Source: a virus. From it: a stretch of 64,000 nt of DNA. The stretch is from the IMG/VR virus record IMGVR_UViG_3300020190_000032, positions 1 to 64,000 of that record. One strand, given 5' to 3'. The notes under the pieces were generated by a model. The model had not been told where the DNA came from. It did not search any database and worked only from the letters and a program-made list of their open reading frames with translations. Both the position numbers and the translations under genes were made by a program. Below, in pieces: positions 7,596 through 16,100 of the stretch; position 1 is the first letter of the stretch; every line of letters starts with the position of its first letter.

Positions 7596-7732
7596 CTACA
7601 CTCGCTCTGATTCAAGCACAACTCAAAAAACAGCAAAAGATCGGAAATTTTCCGTACTTGCGCTGGAAGCTGGCACAGGAGAAGGCAAATGCCATTACTA
7701 AAGCGATGGGAGAGGCCATCAGAAGGGCCTAA
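7592..7732 (+). CDS. Small hypothetical protein (MTTLALIQAQLKKQQK...)
   Basis: SD GGAGG; ATGA overlap with the DUF4278-type gene. Confidence 0.55.
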   Translation: MTTLALIQAQLKKQQKIGNFPYLRWKLAQEKANAITKAMGEAIRRA

Positions 7733-7838
7733 ACGCAACGATAAAAGCCGTCAGGCATCAGCGCGTCTAAGGCAAATCAAGAAGGCCACAAAGGCCCAAA
7801 TGAAGCGGCTCCGGGAACGGGGCCGTTTTTCTTTTTGA
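7689..7838 (+). CDS. Small basic protein (49 aa, not in ORF track)
   Basis: MPLLKRWERPSEGPKRNDKSRQASARLRQIKKATKAQMKRLRERGRFSF. Confidence 0.45.
   Translation: MPLLKRWERPSEGPKRNDKSRQASARLRQIKKATKAQMKRLRERGRFSF
7805..7836 (+). terminator. Intrinsic terminator
   Basis: GCGGCTCCG-GGAA-CGGGGCCGT followed by TTTTCTTTTT. Confidence 0.7.
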
Positions 7839-7839
7839 A

Positions 7840-7907
7840 GGGCACTTCCGGGAATCGAACCCAGCATTCTAGGCTGTCTGCCTAACGTGTTCCTACACCA
7901 AAGCGCC
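7840..7907 (-). tRNA. Non-canonical tRNA-like RNA (nominal anticodon GAC)
   Basis: Minus strand: GGCGCTT TG GTGT-AGGA-ACAC G TTAGG-CAGACAG-CCTAG AATG CTGGG-TTCGATT-CCCGG AAGTGCC C; all four stems pair, canonical T-loop, but 4-nt D-loop, A at position 33 and no encoded CCA. Confidence 0.65.
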
Positions 7908-7909
7908 AG

Positions 7910-8111
7910 AGGCCCCCATGTTTGAGCTTCGCACTGAGAGGCTTTGGGGGACTGCAGGAGGCGATCAACTCCCCTGGCCTACCGAAATAGGACTTCGTAC
8001 ACAAACCAAGTATTAGAGGACTTGATTTGGGATAGATGACTGAGGCGTGGGTATGCACCGACAATCGGGCTGGCGAACCAGGCGTAACGACCCAGAAGCC
8101 TCAGCTCTATC
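7910..8111 (-). ncRNA. Candidate multi-stem structured RNA upstream of the tRNA-like element
   Basis: Nested stems GATAGA/TCTATC, GCTGAGGC/GCCTCAGT, TGGGT/ACCCA enclosing CTGG-TTCG-CCAG and CCGA-TTG-TCGG; further hairpins at 8002-8029 and 7912-7991. Confidence 0.55.
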
Positions 8112-8113
8112 GA

Positions 8114-8647
8114 TTACATTATACCAAGATCTTGTAGTCGCTTGCGTACAACGTTCCACGAAATTGGGGTGTAGTTAATGTTTTCTACGCAGACGTTGAA
8201 ATATCGGAGATCTGGTAATCCTGTTTTTTCATCAGGAACAAGGCGAAAATGCAAGTGCCCGTGAATATTGGCCGAATACCGTGTTAAGTTCACTGGGTGA
8301 ACTGGTATATGAGTCAGAATTGCTCTATCAAGATAATGACATCCTCTTACGTCTTTGAAGTAAGGGAGATAATCGCTCATTTTAAAAATATCATGATTAC
8401 CACGAATTAATACCTTTGTACCATAAAGATAATCAAGACACTTTAAGCCCCTGCGAGGTATTGCAACGTCACCAAGAACATAGACTTTATCGTTTGGTGT
8501 GACGACACTGTTCCAGTTGCGAATCAGGTCATGGTTCATCTCCTCAATATCATCCCATGGTCGCAGAGGCGTGCCGTCGTCACGCAAAAATTTACACACG
8601 TTCGTGTGCCCGAAGTGCATATCGGATATCAGGAAAGTTTCTGCCAT
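8114..8647 (-). CDS. Calcineurin-like metallophosphoesterase
   Basis: All five motifs present: SDMHFGH, LGDV, GNHD, THIP, HGHLH. Confidence 0.92.
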   Translation of the reverse strand: MAETFLISDMHFGHTNVCKFLRDDGTPLRPWDDIEEMNHDLIRNWNSVVTPNDKVYVLGDVAIPRRGLKCLDYLYGTKVLIRGNHDIFKMSDYLPYFKDVRGCHYLDRAILTHIPVHPVNLTRYSANIHGHLHFRLVPDEKTGLPDLRYFNVCVENINYTPISWNVVRKRLQDLGIM

Positions 8648-8696
8648 AAGCCTATTTTACCGTTGTTGGCAATCTAGCCTAGGATTATTCTCTGGC

Positions 8697-9206
8697 ATGG
8701 CAAGTCCACTTTTAGAATTTGCAAATGCCAAGGTTAGAATTGTATCACCTGATACAGTTTCAAGGGATAATGATGGTCGTTTTGTAACAGCAGACAATAC
8801 TCATTATCTGCTCATATGTTACATGAAAAGAGTTCAATATACCGGTGTAACTTCGGGATCAAGGAAAATTCCACTAGCTTCAGAGCTTGACGGTCAGATG
8901 CTGCCAGGCGCAAGTGGGGATGAATTTTATTACAGAGGATATGCATTAGAGAAAGCTGTAATCGCAAGCGATGATCCCTGGATTCAAGATGAAGATGTTT
9001 CTACTTATGCATTCATGCCTCTTCTTGGGAACGAAGATTTCCTAAGGCCCCAGTCAGAAGTGTTGTTTACATTTGGCAGCCAGGAGCCTATGAGAGCTGT
9101 TATTCAACGCTGTAACGGTAAATTTGGCGGAACCGGTATTGATGAAATCATTTACCCTGCTATTGGCATTGAGTTTCAACTAACTGGAGCCGAAGTATTA
9201 AATTAA
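8697..9206 (+). CDS. Putative head-closure or neck protein; start MASPLLEF at 8697
   Basis: First gene of the neck/tail operon; late motif GGCAATCTA at 8668-8676. Confidence 0.55.
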   Translation: MASPLLEFANAKVRIVSPDTVSRDNDGRFVTADNTHYLLICYMKRVQYTGVTSGSRKIPLASELDGQMLPGASGDEFYYRGYALEKAVIASDDPWIQDEDVSTYAFMPLLGNEDFLRPQSEVLFTFGSQEPMRAVIQRCNGKFGGTGIDEIIYPAIGIEFQLTGAEVLN

Positions 9207-9760
9207 TGGCAAAAAACAAAGGTTTCGGTAAAGCCATCAAAGGAATTGCTTCCCTTGAAAAAAGCATGCAAGCAATAGCAAAACTTAAAGGCTTTAATGG
9301 TACGGCTAAATTCAACACCAAATTAGATCTCAGTGGCGTTGAAGAATTAAAAGAATTTGCACGTTATATTGACGCGCTGCCTGGAAAGATTGAAGAGGCG
9401 CATCACAAAACAATGGAAGTTATAGCATTAAGATTAAAGGAAGCCCTTGACGAGGCAATGAATGCAAATGTTTGGCAGTGGATATCTGACACTAGAGATA
9501 TTATTGATACCGGTGCCCTAAGGGAATCGGGTCGTGTGTCTTACAACAGATCTAGTCAGAATATATCAATTATATATGGAGAAGAGTATGCAGCGATTGT
9601 TCATTATGGTGGATATGTAAAATCTGGCTATAACAGTGATGTGCAAATATACTATCCAGCAAGACCTTGGATTCAGGCCGTTTTAACAGGAACAAACGGC
9701 ATAGCGATGTTCCCGTTTGCGGCGATATATAAAACGGAGTTCTTTAAGTTTTTTAGTTAA
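9206..9760 (+). CDS. HK97-gp10-like tail completion protein
   Basis: IDTGALRESG, YAAIVHYG and PARPW motifs. Confidence 0.7.
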   Translation: MAKNKGFGKAIKGIASLEKSMQAIAKLKGFNGTAKFNTKLDLSGVEELKEFARYIDALPGKIEEAHHKTMEVIALRLKEALDEAMNANVWQWISDTRDIIDTGALRESGRVSYNRSSQNISIIYGEEYAAIVHYGGYVKSGYNSDVQIYYPARPWIQAVLTGTNGIAMFPFAAIYKTEFFKFFS

Positions 9761-9792
9761 GAGTTGGTATACTATGGCGCTTGATTTCAGAT

Positions 9793-10386
9793 ATGAGAAC
9801 TCTTCCTTTTGTTGTAAAGCCTAAAAGGGTTTTTACCACTGTTAAGATCGGCAGGGAAGACATCGGCATCCTTGAAATCGAGAAGCGGGGTTACTTAACG
9901 GTAAGCGAAAAGGCATTTGTTGATGCCGTAATGCAAGGTGCCGATGCAGTAACCTCAGTCGTGGCCCTGGCAACACGAATTAGCAGTAAAACGGGTCATA
10001 CAACTGAAGAATGCTATACCGCAATTATGGGCGCAATCCAAGGTGATCTCACAAGTCGCTTTGCAATTAAAATTAAAGAACAGTATCCTGATGAACTGGG
10101 TACGATTCTGACGCAGATGTCAGAGTCTGTGCAGAAACGTGCCATTGCTGCAGCTACAGTTCTGATCAAATCAAGAATTGATTCTGAGTGGAGCGTGGAA
10201 GACACTCTGGAACAGGATCCTGAGCTAATTAATGCCTTTGCGGAATTTTACGGCCAAGAAGAAGCCGGCATTGCAGCAGCTTCAGAAGGGGAAGCAACTG
10301 AGCCCACAGCGGAAGAAATTGTGGGAAAGTCAACAGAGGAGAATGGGCAAGAGTCATCGAATTCGACTCAATCTTCTGGGAATTAA
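9793..10386 (+). CDS. Tail assembly chaperone (gpG-like)
   Basis: In tail operon; in-phase G-GGA-AAG slippery site at 10323-10329. Confidence 0.8.
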   Translation: MRTLPFVVKPKRVFTTVKIGREDIGILEIEKRGYLTVSEKAFVDAVMQGADAVTSVVALATRISSKTGHTTEECYTAIMGAIQGDLTSRFAIKIKEQYPDELGTILTQMSESVQKRAIAAATVLIKSRIDSEWSVEDTLEQDPELINAFAEFYGQEEAGIAAASEGEATEPTAEEIVGKSTEENGQESSNSTQSSGN

Positions 10387-10958
10387 AAGTTTTATTTCCT
10401 GGTGACTCAGAATTTACTTTTAATCGATATTGGGATCTTCCTTATCGCTATGTTCTGGATGCGTATGATTTCGCAAAGAAAGAACAGGTAAGGAATTGGC
10501 ACGTTCAAGAGGCACCTACAGCTCTTCTTACCTCTGTCATTGCTAACTCCAATAGAGATCCCAAGAAAAAAAGAGAACCATACAAGATGGATGATTTCTT
10601 CTTGTATCAACCTCGCGATGCAAAAAATATCCCAACTAGCGTGTATGGCGCTGCTGCGATGGAGCTTGCAGCTAAAAATCTTCTGCCTCCTTGGGCATTA
10701 TTTGTGTTTAAGGACCTTAAGGAAGCTTCTGATGGCCCACCACCACAGTTGCTTGCTTACATTGGTGAAAATGCGATGATACTTGCGCCGTTACACTACG
10801 AAGATAGAGTTAAAGGTATGGTGATAGCAACCGAGTCAGCAAGTCAAAAACGCATGACAATGACATCACCATGCGGCAGAAAAATATATGTTGAACTGCC
10901 ATTTGTTAATGGCAAGTTCTACGCACAAGAAGATGTCGAACTGCCTTTAATTAGCTAG
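10323..10958 (+). CDS. -1 frameshift extension of the tail assembly chaperone (gpGT-like)
   Basis: The -1 frame is open from 10323 (GKVNRGEWARVIEFDSIFWELK...) through the tracked ORF 10587..10958. Confidence 0.8.
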   Translation, partial: GKVNRGEWARVIEFDSIFWELKVLFPGDSEFTFNRYWDLPYRYVLDAYDFAKKEQVRNWHVQEAPTALLTSVIANSNRDPKKKREPYKMDDFFLYQPRDAKNIPTSVYGAAAMELAAKNLLPPWALFVFKDLKEASDGPPPQLLAYIGENAMILAPLHYEDRVKGMVIATESASQKRMTMTSPCGRKIYVELPFVNGKFYAQEDVELPLIS

Positions 10959-11337
10959 CCATCCACTGCTCATAGATGCAGCTTTGGACGATACCTGTTT
11001 GCAGCCAGTTCTTAATTCTCAGTTCTGAAGTAGCCGAATAAAACTCCTGCCTCCTGTACCATTGGGTCCATTCTTCACTACCCTTGGAATGATTGCATCT
11101 CTTGCAAGCCGGAACGCAATTACTGGTGCGATCTTCGCCTCCTTTACTCTTAGGTCTAACATGATCCAAAGTTAGGCTCTTTATGTCGATTGGCGGGCTG
11201 CCACAATAAGCACATTTGTTGTCCCATGCATCACGAATCGATTGCCTCCAAAGACGCTTTGCTTCTTTACCGCTCATGGCCTCAAGGTTGAAAAGGTACT
11301 CACAAGCCCTTTCTCGGGGCGTGTTCCAGAGGCTCAT
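10951..11337 (-). CDS. HNH endonuclease
   Basis: CAYCG, TLDHVRPKSKGG and NCVPACKRCNHSKG motifs. Confidence 0.92.
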   Translation of the reverse strand: MSLWNTPRERACEYLFNLEAMSGKEAKRLWRQSIRDAWDNKCAYCGSPPIDIKSLTLDHVRPKSKGGEDRTSNCVPACKRCNHSKGSEEWTQWYRRQEFYSATSELRIKNWLQTGIVQSCIYEQWMAS

Positions 11338-11452
11338 CGTCTACGGGGCAGGAATGGTGTAGACGACGAAACGACCAATCGTCATAAGCATTCTTGCACC
11401 TGCTATATGGTTCCACCTATGGCACCCTAGTGAGCAGGAATTTAAGCAGAAA

Positions 11453-12355
11453 ATGAATCAAGTTTATCCAGATACTCCTGGTGTAATCTATAGGATTCTT
11501 GCTGCTGATCCTGAATTCAGTTCACATATTGGCAGTTACAAGTTTGCTAATAATCAAATAGAAGATGCAATTAGCATGTTAACACCAGGCAGCAGTGTTC
11601 CTTCTGTTCAAAGTGTTACTGGCGTTGAATGCATTATTCATGATATTTCTGATATCAAAAGAGTTGACTTCCTTACTGATAACAGTATTCTAGTTAATGA
11701 ATGGAAAGTCTTCCTTGTTGCATGGGATCCGGCGACTGGCGAAGATGTAAACAACGCTGCCCGCCGGATCATGGAACTATTTCGTGGGGCGACATCGACG
11801 CAGACCGTAAGAACGTCAGAGGGCTTGAATGCAAGAGTTCAGACGGTAGTGACAATCCCATCCAATCAACCACTTGACATTGATGGAATGGCCATCTATG
11901 GTCCGCAGCCTACTGTTACTTTAACGTCCAACAATAATTATATCTTGCCTGGTCAAGATGTAATTATCTCTTGGGTAACTACTAATGCACTGCGTGCAAC
12001 ACTGAGCGAAGGCATTGGGAATATTCCCTTGACAGGTAATCAGACTTTTACTGTTGATAGAACCACGACCTATAGTATTAGCGCAGAAAACGACTTTACA
12101 AGTGCGACAGCAGGAATTGAGATCGTAGTGTTAGATCCTGTCGTGGCAATGTTTGAAGTCAACCGAGTTGGATTGACCAATCAATATACATTTACTTGGG
12201 CGACATCTCATGCGCAAGAAGTCAGGTTCAATGGTCGTTATGACTGGCCCTTAAATGGTAGCACGACGCTAACCGTTACTTCTCCTACTGAATTCATTTT
12301 AGAGGCTTACAGTACACAAGGAACGGACGAGGCATCTGTAACAGTCACACCGTAA
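11453..12355 (+). CDS. Putative tail terminator-like protein with C-terminal Ig/PKD-like repeats
   Basis: Directly before the tail tube gene; two Thr-rich beta repeats (ISWVTTNA...TTYSISAEN; FTWATSHA...TEFILEAY). Confidence 0.55.
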   Translation: MNQVYPDTPGVIYRILAADPEFSSHIGSYKFANNQIEDAISMLTPGSSVPSVQSVTGVECIIHDISDIKRVDFLTDNSILVNEWKVFLVAWDPATGEDVNNAARRIMELFRGATSTQTVRTSEGLNARVQTVVTIPSNQPLDIDGMAIYGPQPTVTLTSNNNYILPGQDVIISWVTTNALRATLSEGIGNIPLTGNQTFTVDRTTTYSISAENDFTSATAGIEIVVLDPVVAMFEVNRVGLTNQYTFTWATSHAQEVRFNGRYDWPLNGSTTLTVTSPTEFILEAYSTQGTDEASVTVTP

Positions 12356-12455
12356 AAGTAAAAATTAAGTAGGGTTCCATTTTGGCAACCTACAGGAGAG
12401 GGGTGGGTCCCCCCGATTTTGTCGTTTCGGCCGGATTCATTCCGGATTTTTATCC

Positions 12456-13091
12456 GTGGCAAACTATTCCGCAGCCTTTGGCTACGACGTTTATATCTTA
12501 CCTCTGGCCTCCAATGAGGTTGATATTGCGTTTACTGGTGTTACAAAGGCAATTGGCACCTCTGCGACCACTGCATTCCTGAAGACTGACAGTGCTGCTT
12601 CTGGCGATGGTTTAAACATCGTTACGCCTAGCGCAACTATTGCCTTCAGCGGCTCTACTGGTAAGTTTACTGTTGAGAGCACTCTCTATGATATGGATGG
12701 TAAGGATCAACCTTTCCGTCTGTATGGTCTGACCAACGCAGCACTCGAAACCGATACTTCTTCTGAAGACATCGTTACCTATGACGATGAAACTAAAGGT
12801 TTCAACACCTCGATTGCAACTTCCAAGTCCTGGAGCGTGAGTCTTGAGGGTGTGGCTGACTTCCGTGACGCTGGTTATCAGGTGCTTCGCCTGGCTGAAC
12901 AGAACACTGTGTCGAACAGCCTCCGCGTGAAGTTCGTTCGCATTGGCCCCACCGGTACCGATGAGGCCGTGTATGGTTATGGTACGCTCCAGGGTTATAG
13001 CGAGTCGATTGAAGCAGGCTCGATTGTGTCCTGGTCTGCCACCCTGCAGGGCTATGGCCCGTACAAGCTGGATCTGGACGCCAACCCCTGA
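12456..13091 (+). CDS. Major tail (tube) protein
   Basis: TSKSWSVSLEG and VSWSATLQGYG; high-expression codon bias; own terminator; precedes the tape measure gene. Confidence 0.85.
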   Translation: MANYSAAFGYDVYILPLASNEVDIAFTGVTKAIGTSATTAFLKTDSAASGDGLNIVTPSATIAFSGSTGKFTVESTLYDMDGKDQPFRLYGLTNAALETDTSSEDIVTYDDETKGFNTSIATSKSWSVSLEGVADFRDAGYQVLRLAEQNTVSNSLRVKFVRIGPTGTDEAVYGYGTLQGYSESIEAGSIVSWSATLQGYGPYKLDLDANP

Positions 13092-13114
13092 GATCACTTA
13101 TCTCAACTAGATTT

Positions 13115-13138
13115 GGGGGTCGAAAGACCCCCTTTTTT
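13115..13138 (+). terminator. Intrinsic terminator
   Basis: GGGGGTC-GAAA-GACCCCC followed by T6. Confidence 0.9.
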
Positions 13139-13172
13139 GTTGGCAGACTAATCTAGCCTGTGCTTTGATCCT

Positions 13173-16100
13173 GTGGCTGACGGCGACCTGATAATTAGTT
13201 TTAGAACGAAAGGAGAAGCCGAAAGTTTTATCAGGGCCACAAAGGGTGCAAAATTATCGGTTGAAGAGCTTGCTGCTGCTGTCGTAAAAGCGGGTGGTGC
13301 TCTTGGTGATGTATTTGATGAAGTTTATAATCTCAATATTGGAGCTAGAGTTGCCGGTCTAAATGAGGTCAAGGGTTACAAAAAAGTTCTTAGCGATACA
13401 GAGCAACAAATCCTTGATCTGATCCGTGCGATTGAGAAGAAGAACAAAGCGGATCAAGGTAGTTTAACAAACTTAAGGCAATCCTTGAATCAGGCAAAGC
13501 AAAAGCTTGCCAGCATGAGTAAGGAGAATGCTGCTTATGACGCTCAAACGCAAAGAGTAAATAAACTAACGGAGGCATTGCGTCGTGCGCAAGGTATTGA
13601 AGTAGGCAGTCTTGCTGATATTAATCTTAACGTAAAAGATCTTGAAAAAAGACTTCAGATTGAAAATCTATCTGCCGATGCAAGGCAGCGCCTTACAAAT
13701 GAAATCAACGAATATAATGTTGCTGCGCAAAGAGCGAGAGGAATTGAAGCGGGGAGCATTGCGGATCTACGCCAACAACAACAAGAGCAAGAGCGCTTAG
13801 CGCAAAGTTTGCGCGTAGGTAGTGATGCCCAACTCCAGGCAGCCAAGAACGCAAAAGCCTTGGGTGATCAAATTGCCGCTGCAACGCCTAAGACATTTTC
13901 ATTGATTGGAGCTTTAAATAAAGTTGCAACTGTTCAGGCTGGTATTATAGCCATCACTGCAGCTATTGCTCAGGTTGCGGGATCTGTTGATCAAGTCGTA
14001 AAAAGATTGAAGGCCGTAGAGTCTTTTGATCTTGCCCTTAAAAATGTTGGAGTAAGTGCATCTGAAAGTGCCAGATTCTTCCAGCAAGCCGCTGATACAG
14101 CCAATAGTCTTGGGGCGCCTTTAGAACAGGTCGAAAAAGCATATAAAAGAATTGTTCCACCTTTGAAAAATATTGGTGCAACTACCGAGGACACTGATAA
14201 GTTTATTGAGAATCTGACCGCCAGAACACAGATTCTTGGTTTGTCAACTGAAGAATCTGGCCGATACCTTGAAGCGTTTGCTCAGGTATTGAGCAAGGGT
14301 AAGCTACAAGGTGAAGAATTAAACCAGCAGATCTCTGAACTTGATGGTGCGTTCAGGGGTCAATTAGCGGATGCTCTTGGTGTAACAACCCAAGAACTAA
14401 CCGTAATGGTTGAGAAAGGGGAAGTCACATCAGATGTGTTTTATAAAGCTTTCAACAGCATGCAAAATGGTGTTGAGCTTTTGACGGGTGGACTGGAGAG
14501 TGGAAACGCAACCATTCAACAGCTACAAAACTCAATTACTAATTTAAATACGAAGACACTAGAGGAAATTGGCAAGAATATTGAGCCAGGAATTAGAGCG
14601 TTTCTCGCCGCTGCCGCTGCCTTCAGCAAACTCGTTAATGAGATTGCTAAATCACCACTTGGTGAGCTTTTGGCAGAGGTATTTAATCAAGTAGCCTATG
14701 CAACTAGAGCACTTATTGATGGCCTGGCTTTATTGACGAAGACATTGCTATTGGTTATAAACCCAATAGCCAAATTGCTCCAGTTATTTACTCCGCTTAT
14801 ATCGGTTCTCGTACTGCTTAAGACTGCAACGCTAAGCGCTGCCTTGGCGAAAAAGGCATTTAAGGTTGTACTAGTTCAATCCAAGGCTGCTGCGCTGGCA
14901 AATGCCACGAGCCTTCAATTACTGACTGGCAGCGTTGTTAAGTTTGGCGCTGCAATTAAGTCTCTGTTAACTCTCAAGGTTGGTAAGTTTCTTTCCGATC
15001 TCGGTCTTTCGGCGACATATGCGCTTCGCGCATTGAACATCGATATCATCAATAGATTTATTGATGCACTTGGCCGCTTGCGAGCTGCGCAGGCCGCTGG
15101 CACAACAATGGATTTTGTGTCTGTCGCTGGGCAAAGGTTTAAAAACTCCATGAGTGGATTGGGAGATTTAATTAATGCTATTGTATTTAAATTGGGAGCG
15201 TTTACGGCTAAAGCAAAAGCAGCGGGTCAAACGATTGCTAAAAATGTTGGCGACTTCTTTAAATTCAAGAGGGCTGCAGATGGGACCAGAATCGCCTATG
15301 ACGGTGTGGGCCGCGCTGCGGCTAATGCGACTGTAGATATTTCTGCGAATGCGGCCACAGTTAGCAGGGAGGTTGTTCCCGCACTTGGGAAGGTTGGTAA
15401 GACGGCAGGCTTGGCAAATGGTCAACTTGCGCGTGCTGGTGTAGGCGCTGGCAACTTCCTTAAGACATTGCTTAACTTTGGAAAGGCCACTCTTGTCACG
15501 GCGGTTGTGACTGCAGCCTTACAAGGCTTGCTACAAGTGCTTGAAGGCTTTAGCCAGGGCGGTGATCAAGCCAAACAGCCATTAGGAGAGTTGGAAGGTA
15601 CACTACGGCAGCTTGGAATTCAAACTAAAACAACACACGGGGCATGGCTTGGATTCCTTGATGACCTGCGCAGGATTCCAGGTGTTGAAAAAGTAATTGA
15701 TTTTATTCAACAAATTGGAGATAAATTAAAAGCACTTGGACTTGCTGCTGGAGGAGATAGAGGTCTTAGTAATCTGTCTGATAAATTTGATGACATTGAA
15801 AAAGCGGCTAAGAAAGCTGGTGCCGGCGGGCTTAATGATTTTGCGAATGCATCAAAACTCAACAAAGAAGAAGCGACTCAACTGGTCGGCGGTCTTCGTG
15901 CTACAGAAAAGGCCTACGAGGAAACTGCCGCCAACATTGAAAGCCAGATCGCTGCACTGAAGTCATCCGGCGGTGCCACGCAGGATCAGATTGAAGTACT
16001 CGAAAGGCAGAAACAGGCGGCTGAGCAAGGTGCTGATAGAGCCAACTACTACGCCAGTGAATGGGAAAATGCAACCAAGACACAAAGGGAAAGCGTAAGT

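Noticed and set aside
7840-8111. tmRNA or standard tRNA-Val
   Set aside because: No G3-U70 alanine identity, CCA end or convincing tag ORF; loops are non-canonical for a translating tRNA
8499-8696. N-terminal extension of ORF 8499..9206
   Set aside because: Overlaps the minus-strand phosphoesterase; the late motif supports the ATG at 8697
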